Position numbers and translations under genes: made by a program. A stretch of DNA of 64,000 nucleotides from a virus (lineage: Duplodnaviria; Heunggongvirae; Uroviricota; Caudoviricetes): IMG/VR virus record IMGVR_UViG_3300044712_000123; one strand, given 5' to 3'. The notes beneath the pieces are model-generated. The model saw only the letters and a list, made by a program, of their open reading frames with translations, did not search any database and was not told the origin of the DNA. This document shows, in pieces, positions 54,890 to 63,969 of this stretch (within the stretch, counting starts at the first letter, position 1; every line of letters starts with the position of its first letter).

Positions 54890-55638
54890 TTTCGTTCGAT
54901 ATCTTCCTCAACACACAATTCACCATACTGAATCTCTACTATTCTACATGGTTCGTTGTATGGATTACTTAGCTGATGCCAATCACCTACAGGAATTTTA
55001 TATGAGTTATGTGCTGTCAATGTTTGAGTTGGTAGTTGATATCCGTTTTCCATCATAGATAGAACATCACACTTGCCTTCACTAACTAACCAATATTCAT
55101 TGCGTTTAAAATGCTTTTGCATACTTAGTGTCTTTCCAGGTTCTACTGTTAGTTCTTTGACCTTGCATCCAGGTACATCATGTAGAATACGATAGTAGCC
55201 CCATTGACGTTCAGTTTTAGGGTTCTTCCATTCACGTAGAATCCAAGAACTACTATTCATCTTGTTCTCGCCACCGACACCAAATACAAACTGTACATCA
55301 TCAAAGACCATTTCAGGAATGTTCTCTGCTGTTCTATCTCCACCGTTAGCAAAGATAATCTCTGCATCTGGGAATATAGTTTTTACTTTTTGAATGGCAT
55401 CTTTGCTTGAATTGTCATCATCTTTGAATTCAATGGTACTGTCTACCACTGCTAAATGGCCAACAATAGCTCTGCGTTCTTCAAGAGGCATGAAAGGCTG
55501 ACCTTTCTTACGGGTCAGCCATGCGTCACTGTTCAACCCAACGATTAGTTTATCGCCGAGTTGTTTAGCAGCCTTGAAGTATTCAATGTGACCACTGTGT
55601 AGAGGGTCGAAACCTCCAGTGACTAGTACAATCTTCAT
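54886..55638 (-). CDS. sugar-phosphate nucleotidyltransferase (HldE domain II / TagD family) fused to a C-terminal cupin (phosphomannose-isomerase-like)
   Basis: VTGGFDPLHSGHIEYFKAAKQLGDKLIVGLNSD matches RfaE/HldE domain II; the C-terminal about 120 aa have a cupin pattern (QKHFKRNEYWLVSEGKCDV...HQLSNP). Start set at the internal MKIVLV, which overlaps the upstream stop. Confidence 0.6.
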   Translation of the reverse strand: MKIVLVTGGFDPLHSGHIEYFKAAKQLGDKLIVGLNSDAWLTRKKGQPFMPLEERRAIVGHLAVVDSTIEFKDDDNSSKDAIQKVKTIFPDAEIIFANGGDRTAENIPEMVFDDVQFVFGVGGENKMNSSSWILREWKNPKTERQWGYYRILHDVPGCKVKELTVEPGKTLSMQKHFKRNEYWLVSEGKCDVLSMMENGYQLPTQTLTAHNSYKIPVGDWHQLSNPYNEPCRIVEIQYGELCVEEDIERK

Positions 55639-55841
55639 CGAACGATTGCTTCCGCCCAGCCATCTTTTGCCCACTTACCGGCGAGTTGTTTCTGATGTTG
55701 ACGATACACAAAATTGCGCATGTCATACAATGTAGACTCATCGAACTTATATCCGAAGTCTACACAGAATTCACGATACTTGTCCAAGTCATCGAAAATT
55801 TGACGGACACGTGGGTTAGGTTGGAAGTTATGTTTTGCCAT
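55635..55841 (-). CDS. hypothetical protein
   Basis: ORF on the track. Confidence 0.3.
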   Translation of the reverse strand: MAKHNFQPNPRVRQIFDDLDKYREFCVDFGYKFDESTLYDMRNFVYRQHQKQLAGKWAKDGWAEAIVR

Positions 55842-55853
55842 TTTAATATTTCC

Positions 55854-56309
55854 TTAAATAGCGAGTTGTTGTAAAGGTTGAGTTGTGTTGTAGTGAATCG
55901 TAGCACCATTCTCGTTGTCTTCTGAGACAGTGATAATGATGTTACGATCTGGATATCGAGTTGCAATGACTTCATAGAGGTCATCACTAATCATTTCACA
56001 ACTCTTGTAATCCAATGCAAGAATGCCTTGAGAATATTGATTCTCTAACCATCGCTTGAATTGAATAAACTCGATATCACGGTCGTTGTGAAACACTTCA
56101 ATCGTCACTTCAAAGTGAAAGATGTGACGATGTGGAGTTGCTAGAAAGCTAACATCATATTCATCACCTGTTGCGAGTGCTGGATCTGTTGCTGCCGCTG
56201 GGTATTTATGAATACCTTCTTTTTGAAAACGCACAAAAATTGTACGAATTGCTTTATCTTTGATGCGCTGACGCTTTTCGGTCATTGCTTGTTCTCGTTG
56301 TTCAATCAT
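55854..56309 (-). CDS. hypothetical protein
   Basis: ORF on the track. Confidence 0.35.
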   Translation of the reverse strand: MIEQREQAMTEKRQRIKDKAIRTIFVRFQKEGIHKYPAAATDPALATGDEYDVSFLATPHRHIFHFEVTIEVFHNDRDIEFIQFKRWLENQYSQGILALDYKSCEMISDDLYEVIATRYPDRNIIITVSEDNENGATIHYNTTQPLQQLAI

Positions 56310-56518
56310 CGGTCGTCATCCAAATCTACTGTTTCATGGTCATGATCCCATTGTGCTCGAATCATGTGTTTAAGTTCAGTATTGTATTTTACACTAGCTT
56401 CACGTAGTTTAGCAAGAGCCTTCGGGTCTGCATTACCCGATTTTTCTAATTTAAAGATTTGATCCTCTACTAATCTATATGATTCTTGTAGTATATTAAT
56501 TCTATTTTTATAGGGCAT
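56306..56518 (-). CDS. hypothetical protein
   Basis: ORF on the track. Confidence 0.3.
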   Translation of the reverse strand: MPYKNRINILQESYRLVEDQIFKLEKSGNADPKALAKLREASVKYNTELKHMIRAQWDHDHETVDLDDDR

Positions 56519-56519
56519 T

Positions 56520-58076
56520 TCAATCTCCTAGTACTTCGTTCATTGCATCATCACTGTCTTCGATAATTTCATCAACTTCGGGTTCAGATTCAGCAACATC
56601 AAATAGCTTGTCAAACATGGTCAATGAATTCATTGTCTTCTTACCACTAAAACCTTGACTACCTGATGAGAACTGCATCCAAAGTCTAGAGTTAGCATCA
56701 ATCAAGTCGATAGCTTCCTGTTTAGTTTTCTTACTGAATACTTCATCGATAATGTCTTTAAACAGTATACGCTCAAAGGTCTCATTCATCAACATCTTCG
56801 GGATAACACCTTGGTCATATTTACGATTGGCTTCTTGAACTGCGTTCATGTGCATCCAAACATTATGACTTTGAACCAAAGTATAGCTTAAAGTATCCCA
56901 ACTTGTCTTTGTTTCTTTACCATGTTGTCCGATAAAGCCTTGACCGCGGTAGCAAAGGTCCTTGACAGTCATGATATCAGTTACTGGGCTATCTGTCCAA
57001 ACTTTGTGAACTTTATCCTGTAACACTGCGTCACTATACTTTCGGTTATCACTTGCGTAGGATTTCTTCTCCGCAGTCTTTTCCATTTGATATGACCATT
57101 TACCATTATGCTCAATAGTCGTATTGTAGTAAGCCAAACCCTTAGCAGCACTAAAGAATGGGCTAGCACAATCGAATGTGATTTGCAGTTTTGGATTGTG
57201 ATACTTGCGAATAGCACGTTGGATATCGCTAAACAACACAGCATACTCTAAGATACTTGTACCCAAACAGTGAATCAAGTCATGCTTACCTTCTTGCAAC
57301 AACCCATCATAGATGATATCAATCATACGGGTTAGCATCAAGTGAACGTCAATCTTGTTTTGACCCCCGAATGCCCAACCGTTAAAGTGATTATCTGGAT
57401 AGACGTTTGGATCGCAATACTTTTTCATCTCAGCGTACCAATCAGCAGATTGATCGTGGTTACGACCTTGAAGTACGTTTAAGAACTTACACTTGCCGTT
57501 ACGATGTTTGATGAAATACTCATTGTTAATATGAGTAGCACTGATAGCTTCTTCGATGGTACTGATACCGTGAGCACTTGTGCCTGTCTTCGGGTCTTTG
57601 ATATGAAAAGTAGTCAATGATTGTGATGGGATATCAAGACACATACCATAGTCCATGTATGTATCCATCCAAGTCAAAACTTGTTGACGCTTTTTCATAG
57701 CACGTGGACAGTTAGGATCTTTCCAGTCAGCAGGCCATTGTGCCTTTAAAATCTGAAAACCACCTGAGTCACCCAACATGAAAGTACCTTCTTCACGTTT
57801 GCGAATGATACTTTCTTTATGGTCGTCAACTGTAGTATCCAAGTTAGCGTGACCAGCAGAGTACAGGCCCCACTTATAAGTATAGATACCTTCTTTACTA
57901 TTTAGGAAGTTTAGTTTCTCAACATCGCCATTGAAACTAGGAGGAATACGTTGAGGCTCAAAGTATACTTCACCCTCACGTTGTTTCCCCAAGCCAGCAA
58001 TGTAGAATGAACTCACTGCTGGTAAGAACAATGCCCAGTCTGGTTGTTGCTTTGCTGATAAATTATCTTGTTGCAT
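56520..58076 (-). CDS. dpdA: DpdA-like 7-deazaguanine DNA transglycosylase (TGT superfamily)
   Basis: FMLGDSGGFQILKAQW matches the TGT/DpdA DSGGFQ active-site motif; the TIM-barrel-sized N-terminal part is followed by about 200 extra C-terminal residues. Confidence 0.55.
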   Translation of the reverse strand: MQQDNLSAKQQPDWALFLPAVSSFYIAGLGKQREGEVYFEPQRIPPSFNGDVEKLNFLNSKEGIYTYKWGLYSAGHANLDTTVDDHKESIIRKREEGTFMLGDSGGFQILKAQWPADWKDPNCPRAMKKRQQVLTWMDTYMDYGMCLDIPSQSLTTFHIKDPKTGTSAHGISTIEEAISATHINNEYFIKHRNGKCKFLNVLQGRNHDQSADWYAEMKKYCDPNVYPDNHFNGWAFGGQNKIDVHLMLTRMIDIIYDGLLQEGKHDLIHCLGTSILEYAVLFSDIQRAIRKYHNPKLQITFDCASPFFSAAKGLAYYNTTIEHNGKWSYQMEKTAEKKSYASDNRKYSDAVLQDKVHKVWTDSPVTDIMTVKDLCYRGQGFIGQHGKETKTSWDTLSYTLVQSHNVWMHMNAVQEANRKYDQGVIPKMLMNETFERILFKDIIDEVFSKKTKQEAIDLIDANSRLWMQFSSGSQGFSGKKTMNSLTMFDKLFDVAESEPEVDEIIEDSDDAMNEVLGD

Positions 58077-58456
58077 TAAACTTTTACTTCTTCTTGTATT
58101 AGTGCTTTAACCATTTCAATCTTGTTGATATAGTTATCCATTGTAGTTCGCATCTCAACTACGATATCGTTGATAGTAGGATGCTTTTCGCACAAGGCTT
58201 TTAATTCTTGTTCTTCAAACATCTTATTTTCAGCCCACTTGAGTATAGCAATAGCGTTTGGTGTTAGATTGACAGTAGCACTGCCACCTCCAATAGTCAT
58301 CCAACTATTACCATCAAAGACTTTCATCTGTTGACTACCTGGATCGTAACTCATTGCGCCTGTCATGGGTAGACCAGTGGTCTTATTGATATAAGGCTGA
58401 GCACCTTTGTTACTAGTAACATTTAGGTACTCGCCACCTACTACGTAGTCGATCAT
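58076..58456 (-). CDS. hypothetical protein
   Basis: ORF on the track. Confidence 0.35.
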   Translation of the reverse strand: MIDYVVGGEYLNVTSNKGAQPYINKTTGLPMTGAMSYDPGSQQMKVFDGNSWMTIGGGSATVNLTPNAIAILKWAENKMFEEQELKALCEKHPTINDIVVEMRTTMDNYINKIEMVKALIQEEVKV

Positions 58457-59184
58457 TTTGTCTTAGCTGGGATCAAGTAGCGATATGTTGCGATACCGCT
58501 GTCAACTACAACTTCAGTTGCACCTGCATCACTGATACGAACAGTCTTATCACCGACTAAGTCCATGATACTGATAAACTGCTTGACTGGCCACATCCAT
58601 TGCTTGTTCAATGTTCCACCGACAGTAGGTTGAAACACGAAGTTACCACTGTGAGTTGATGGGTCACCGAAGTAAATCTTCAAGTCGCCATTGTCTGTTT
58701 TAGTCGTGAAGTTTTCTTCTTCACTGTTAGCAGAAGCCTGCTTCTTTAGTCGCTGAATACCTGCGATTGTAGGCTCAAACTCAACACCCCAAGCTGCACC
58801 TTTGAATGCAACACTCTTGACTTTTTCTTCAACGATGTTCTTGCCCATCAATCGATAGTCGTTAATGAAACTCTTGTCAGCGTTTTCAAAGTGAATGTAT
58901 TCTGGAACATCAACCCCATCACGACTCACACGTGTAACATAGATGTTAGAGGTTGCATCGTATTCATCGAATCCAATGATGGTCTTCAACTTGCTCAAGT
59001 TAGGCATACCGAATGTGCCGATAAAATCACTGATCGGAGCCTTGAATGTACCTGATACGATAACAGTCTTGTCTTCTGCGATTGCATTAATCTGTGTTTC
59101 TTTGTCAGTACCGGTGATCTTAATCAGTTCGATAACGCCTAGACCAAATGTATGGTCGATCAAGTCTTTTAAATTGTCTTTCAT
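58453..59184 (-). CDS. hypothetical protein (the position near the polymerase allows a replication accessory role, but no motif supports it)
   Basis: ORF on the track. Confidence 0.35.
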   Translation of the reverse strand: MKDNLKDLIDHTFGLGVIELIKITGTDKETQINAIAEDKTVIVSGTFKAPISDFIGTFGMPNLSKLKTIIGFDEYDATSNIYVTRVSRDGVDVPEYIHFENADKSFINDYRLMGKNIVEEKVKSVAFKGAAWGVEFEPTIAGIQRLKKQASANSEEENFTTKTDNGDLKIYFGDPSTHSGNFVFQPTVGGTLNKQWMWPVKQFISIMDLVGDKTVRISDAGATEVVVDSGIATYRYLIPAKTK

Positions 59185-59242
59185 GTTTTTCCTTTATATG
59201 TTGAATTGTATACGGTATTGTTCGTATAAACAATTAGTCTGG

Positions 59243-59809
59243 TCATTTCCAATATGGGCCCCATGCCCAACAATTCAGTGACCAGCGTTCACCGGATATG
59301 ATTGGTTTTACTTCGTGTAGATAGAACGAGGGTAAGATTGTTAGAGAACCAATAGTTTTACTTACAGTATTACGGATTACGTGCAAGTCACCTCCGGTGT
59401 AATCTGATTCGTCACTCAATTGAATAAGCATTGTTAATTTACGTTCAGTTCCTGCTGTACCGTAAAACTGGTCAACATGTTCTGTGACGTAATCACCTTC
59501 ACTATATTTTTTTATCTCGTATTGCTCTACGTGTGTTACATCCATGCCATAATATTGAATTGCTTCTTCCCATAATGGTGATAGCAATTCATGTAACTTG
59601 CCTTCATTCCAATGCAGTGGGATTCTGCAAGTATGACATTCGATATCCCAATGCTTAGGTGCACGATTGATCGAGCGATGCCATCCTGAATGCTCACTTC
59701 TAGTGAACTCCTTAATAGATTCGCACATTTCAACACTTAACACATTTTGCCTACTGAAAAGTTTAAGCGGGAAAATGTTGTTTCTCGTAAATTCTAATTG
59801 GGATATCAT
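59243..59809 (-). CDS. 2OG-Fe(II) oxygenase superfamily protein
   Basis: HVD (HxD)...H...R pattern: TEHVDQ, YLHEV, RWSLN. Confidence 0.5.
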   Translation of the reverse strand: MISQLEFTRNNIFPLKLFSRQNVLSVEMCESIKEFTRSEHSGWHRSINRAPKHWDIECHTCRIPLHWNEGKLHELLSPLWEEAIQYYGMDVTHVEQYEIKKYSEGDYVTEHVDQFYGTAGTERKLTMLIQLSDESDYTGGDLHVIRNTVSKTIGSLTILPSFYLHEVKPIISGERWSLNCWAWGPYWK

Positions 59810-59837
59810 AATATTATTTAGGAACTTATATAGTTAT

Positions 59838-59866
59838 ATAATAGTGGATTTTTTTGCGTAAGTCAA
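59838..59866 (-). promoter_or_regulatory. sigma70-like promoter (TTGACT, 17-nt spacer, TATTAT)
   Basis: Reverse complement reads TTGACTtacgcaaaaaaatccacTATTAT. Confidence 0.45.
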
Positions 59867-59873
59867 CACCGGT

Positions 59874-62582
59874 TTAACCGAATGTGAACAAATCGTCAAA
59901 TGTTGACTTGACATCGATGTTACTCTTAATGTCCCAATCAAGAACACCAAGCAAGTTATCGACCTTTTCATCAACCAATGTAGATTCCATTGCTTCGTTG
60001 TCGAATGGCAATTCTTTGAACCATTGAGGTAAGCGAAGTTCATCAACTGGGTACGCAATACTAGTGAAGTCTAACGGGTTAGGCTTTAGCTTGCAAACGA
60101 TAATCTTCATACCGTCAGTGATTGACATTGAATAGTTATCGCCGTGTAGTCTGCGCAAATAGTTCCAGTTGATAGCGGCTCTAGCATGACCAACGCCACA
60201 CTTACCAGTCTTCTCAAAAGCAATCGTGTGTTTAGTCAAGTTGTTCACTGACTTAGGACTACCTTTAGTCCAGGGATCCTGAGCAACCATAACACGCTTG
60301 AACTCTTTCACCCGTTCAATGATATCATCACGCAGTTTACCACGTTGTAGAACCATTTCAAGAACGTCCATCAAGAACTCTTGCACGTATTTAGGAGTAT
60401 CAGCACGTTTCAAGTCAAGACCCATAGCTTTGATATCACCCAAAGCTCCGTCTTTGTCTTTACGCTTGCCCTCTTTATCAAAGATGTTGATAGCATAACG
60501 CTTCTTAGTGATAAAGATACTACGATCACCAATCAATTCACGACCAGCTTTGATAATCTCACCATTCTTACGAGGTGCATGAAATGCACGTTCCATGAAT
60601 GCAGGGAAACTATCGTTTGCTTGTTCAGCAATACCATCATACAACCCGATACACAGGTCTTTGTTCCACTCTAGTTCACCACTATCAACCTGAGGCTTCA
60701 ATGTTGGGAACGCAGTGAAGTAACATGAGTCAGTATCACCATAAACAATAGCGTTACCTTCGTGTGTGTACTTGCCTTCAACTACTTCGTTGATTTGGCT
60801 CATCATGTGTTTAACAATCTGACGACCACTCAGTGTAACTGATTGACCAATACGCTTGTCATAGAAACGGCAATGCTCGTTCAACAGTGCGCCGTATGCA
60901 GAGTTAAGCAAAATCTTACGAACAAGCTGACGCTTATCGTAGTATTCATACATATCAGTGCCATACGCAGCCTTCGCTTGCTTCTGTAAGTCTTTACGTT
61001 CTGAGTACCAACGAGTTAGTAGACCGGGAATTACACCCTCTTTCTCATAAGTAAAGATTGTACCATTCGCACTTAGAATCCAAGGCTTGTGACTGTCAAA
61101 GATCATCTTCCAGATTTCAGCCGCTGACATTTCTTCACTGCGACCATCTTCAAAGTCAACGGTGAGAATAGTGCCACGTTCTTGGTTCATGATTGCCGTA
61201 TACTCTAAAGCACCAAACAAACCTTCCCATAGAATTGCACCAGTCACATCATCGTCACCGTCTTTGTAGTACTTCTTTTCTCGGGCTAACTTTGCGCCCT
61301 TCTCTTTCATGTACTGATCGGTGAGCGTTTGTCTGACTTGGGCAACGATTGTTTCTGGTGCCATGTTGAGGGCGCGAATAGCCGAGGGATAGAGCGAGTT
61401 AATGTCAACTGCTCCGACCCATTCGTGCAAACCTCGTTTCGGCGTAGCAACATAGGCACCTGCTGCTTGTTGGACTTCATCATCATTGATACTCTTTCGT
61501 TTTTTATCGGGAACAACCAAACCTCTTTCATGCGCTTCGTTGTAGATTGCCATTTCAATCATCGCAACAGAGCCCATAACAGTAGGCAGCAAAACTGTAT
61601 TCTCATGTGCTAGCGCATTCGCTAGTTCTAAGAATTTGAGTTTGTTGTGGATCTTAACCAACAACATCGTATCCTGTCTGTTGTATTCAATAAACTTTTT
61701 AAAGTCTTTGTTATACAACTGATCGAGAGTACCTTCGTAAACGGTCTTATTCTCTCCTACTTCCATCTCACCAATAGCATCCAACTTGTACGAGTGACGA
61801 GACTCATAGTTGTATTTCTTGTAGAGTTGCAAATAGTCAAGGTGAATGCGACCGATCAAGTCGTAAGTCATTTCTTTCTTACCGAATCGTTCATACTCAC
61901 GTGGCTTGGGCAATTGACCCAACAGACAGAACTTACGTGTATCATCTTTCGACATAACACGTGTAACACGATTGACCATGTATGGAATATCATAGCCTTC
62001 TGAGTTCCAACCAGTCAATACATCTGCGTCTTCAATTAACTGAAAGAAAACATCGAACATGTCCTTCTCATTCGTGAACAACATTGTGTTCTCAAACTCT
62101 GCTACAATTTCAGCCGCTGTTTCAGGCGTCATATGCTTTGGTGCAATGACAAGAGTGATACACTGATCTAGCCAATCTAAGTAGCAACTGATAGCTGTTA
62201 CTGGATTGAAAGGATCAGAGGTAGGACTGAAACCTTTGACAGGATCAAAGTCTACTTCAATGTCGAAGAAGCACGTGTGTAGTTTAGGAGGTTCAACCCC
62301 TAAGTAGTTATCAGCTAGACAACGAAACACAACAGGTACATCTGATTCAAACAATTTCTTGCCTGAGTGAATTCTTTTTTCTTTTTCGAATTCTGTACGC
62401 TTGCGTGTGCTGAAACGACTTACTGGTTCGTTGAAGATACTACGTTGCTTACCTCTAGCATCTGGGTAGTATAGAACGTAGTTTGCAGGATACTCTTTGT
62501 ATTCACGCTTACCCTCAGGTGAACGTTCTACTACGTAGATCCGATCTTCATCCCTGCTGTGAATAGCATCAACGTATGACAT
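59874..62582 (-). CDS. family B DNA polymerase (T4 gp43-like)
   Basis: 902 aa with Exo I FFDIEVD, Pol A DINSLYPSAI and Pol C YGDTDSCYF. Confidence 0.95.
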   Translation of the reverse strand: MSYVDAIHSRDEDRIYVVERSPEGKREYKEYPANYVLYYPDARGKQRSIFNEPVSRFSTRKRTEFEKEKRIHSGKKLFESDVPVVFRCLADNYLGVEPPKLHTCFFDIEVDFDPVKGFSPTSDPFNPVTAISCYLDWLDQCITLVIAPKHMTPETAAEIVAEFENTMLFTNEKDMFDVFFQLIEDADVLTGWNSEGYDIPYMVNRVTRVMSKDDTRKFCLLGQLPKPREYERFGKKEMTYDLIGRIHLDYLQLYKKYNYESRHSYKLDAIGEMEVGENKTVYEGTLDQLYNKDFKKFIEYNRQDTMLLVKIHNKLKFLELANALAHENTVLLPTVMGSVAMIEMAIYNEAHERGLVVPDKKRKSINDDEVQQAAGAYVATPKRGLHEWVGAVDINSLYPSAIRALNMAPETIVAQVRQTLTDQYMKEKGAKLAREKKYYKDGDDDVTGAILWEGLFGALEYTAIMNQERGTILTVDFEDGRSEEMSAAEIWKMIFDSHKPWILSANGTIFTYEKEGVIPGLLTRWYSERKDLQKQAKAAYGTDMYEYYDKRQLVRKILLNSAYGALLNEHCRFYDKRIGQSVTLSGRQIVKHMMSQINEVVEGKYTHEGNAIVYGDTDSCYFTAFPTLKPQVDSGELEWNKDLCIGLYDGIAEQANDSFPAFMERAFHAPRKNGEIIKAGRELIGDRSIFITKKRYAINIFDKEGKRKDKDGALGDIKAMGLDLKRADTPKYVQEFLMDVLEMVLQRGKLRDDIIERVKEFKRVMVAQDPWTKGSPKSVNNLTKHTIAFEKTGKCGVGHARAAINWNYLRRLHGDNYSMSITDGMKIIVCKLKPNPLDFTSIAYPVDELRLPQWFKELPFDNEAMESTLVDEKVDNLLGVLDWDIKSNIDVKSTFDDLFTFG

Positions 62583-62842
62583 TAAAGAGTCTTACCTACA
62601 GTTTCCAAGATAGTATTGAGTTCTTCATTTTCGGCGTTAGTCTGTCCTAGACTTGCCTTGTGGGCAACACGAATTGCCTTTTTGAGAACAGAAGGTTTGA
62701 CTTCCAATTCTTCTGCGATAGCCTTGATCGTATCAGTCAAACCACCATTCAATGTATCAATCTCATGCATGACACCCATGCCTTCGTTGATAAGTTGTGT
62801 TAGTTTAATCTTTTGATCGCCGCTGAAAATCTTTGCTGACAT
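62582..62842 (-). CDS. hypothetical protein
   Basis: ORF with an AAGGAGAAAC ribosome-binding site; it overlaps the polymerase start. Confidence 0.4.
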   Translation of the reverse strand: MSAKIFSGDQKIKLTQLINEGMGVMHEIDTLNGGLTDTIKAIAEELEVKPSVLKKAIRVAHKASLGQTNAENEELNTILETVGKTL

Positions 62843-62869
62843 AGTTTCTCCTTAAGTATAGATAAGTAG

Positions 62870-62898
62870 TTATTCTACTTGATCTGCGTAAGGAAGTC
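62870..62898 (-). promoter_or_regulatory. sigma70-like promoter (TTGACT, 17-nt spacer, TAGAAT)
   Basis: Reverse complement reads TTGACTtccttacgcagatcaagTAGAAT. Confidence 0.4.
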
Positions 62899-62913
62899 AA
62901 CTACTTTGCGCTA

Positions 62914-63594
62914 TTATTGGAAGATTTGAGGATGAGCTTTACCGAATATTTTGATGTACTTACCTGCCATCATATCGGCTTCTGCTTCGATTGGGCTACC
63001 TGGGTAGCTGTCGCCGGGTTGAATCATATTAAGTTCGCTTTGGCGACAGTGAACTAATTCGTGAAATACGGTGCGCATGATATCAACCATATTGCGATTC
63101 TTTGCGTATACCCAAACTTCATTTGAGCCTTCAACGTGACGACCAGTATGATGACCTTCTTGAGCTTCTTCTGTGTCGTAACTGAATTCTACTTTTGGAG
63201 TTGTTTGTAGATTTAGTTTCTTAGTTGTCCATGCAATGAACTTACGCATGGTAGGGTCGTTGTTTAGATCAGGTTCGCTATCTTCTGATAACTCATCTTG
63301 ATTGGGAACATGTCTTGGAGTTAGCTTACGTAGGCCAGATACTTCACCTCGACCAACACCAACATTTTCTTCGTTAGTAGTGAGTTCGTCTAGTTTACCC
63401 TTAATCCAGTTGTCAGGAGTTCTACCAAACTTCTTAACAAATAAGTCATGTAATGCTTTACCATTGATGCCATTCTTCTTTGCGACATTTTGCATCAATT
63501 TGTCGATGGTATTATAGTCGTGCTTGGCTAGACTAGGAAGTCTTTTGGCTAATTCAGTAGCAGGGGATTCGGATATAAACTCTTTGTAACGCAT
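62914..63594 (-). CDS. HExxH zinc-metallopeptidase-like protein with N-terminal MRYKEFISE
   Basis: FHELVHCRQ (HExxH) near the C-terminus; the N-terminus matches the MRxxEF(I/L)xE family. Confidence 0.5.
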   Translation of the reverse strand: MRYKEFISESPATELAKRLPSLAKHDYNTIDKLMQNVAKKNGINGKALHDLFVKKFGRTPDNWIKGKLDELTTNEENVGVGRGEVSGLRKLTPRHVPNQDELSEDSEPDLNNDPTMRKFIAWTTKKLNLQTTPKVEFSYDTEEAQEGHHTGRHVEGSNEVWVYAKNRNMVDIMRTVFHELVHCRQSELNMIQPGDSYPGSPIEAEADMMAGKYIKIFGKAHPQIFQ

Positions 63595-63708
63595 ATAGTA
63601 TTTATCTCCCGGTTACTTTATCCGGGGCACACTACGCGGTGCAGTTCAATTGCGCGGACGCCTGAGCTTACGCTCTACCGTTACATCAACGGGCCCTAAG
63701 GTGGGTTC

Positions 63709-63969
63709 TTACCAGAAACTCGATGGCTCATCTAATTGATAAGTATCGAACCTCTTTAATCTATTTATGAATTCTAAAGTTTTTGGTGTAATTACACCAG
63801 TCAATTGAAACGTGACACGTGGATTATGCCCTGCATTTGCTGTGCAATGTGGTAAGTTTTGCCAATCAAATGTAGTCACATCACCTGCACGCCATTGACT
63901 GTGTGTATAGTTTCCATACGACCAGAAATGACCTTGCTCCCAATCATTCAAAGCAATCATGATACGCAT
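63709..63969 (-). CDS. hypothetical protein; the start may lie at or beyond 63969
   Basis: ORF on the track near the window edge. Confidence 0.3.
   Translation of the reverse strand: MRIMIALNDWEQGHFWSYGNYTHSQWRAGDVTTFDWQNLPHCTANAGHNPRVTFQLTGVITPKTLEFINRLKRFDTYQLDEPSSFW

Noticed and set aside
58453-59184. Sliding-clamp (gp45-like) assignment for the 243-aa protein near the DNA polymerase.
   Set aside because: Only size and position suggest it; no convincing motif-level similarity could be seen by eye.
63595-63708. Possible tRNA gene in the GC-rich intergenic region, suggested by a T-arm-like GTGCA-GTTCAAT-TGCGC hairpin and a D-arm-like GGTAGAGC/GCTC motif.
   Set aside because: No acceptor-stem pairing and no consistent cloverleaf could be built on either strand. 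Kept only as an unexplained structured element.
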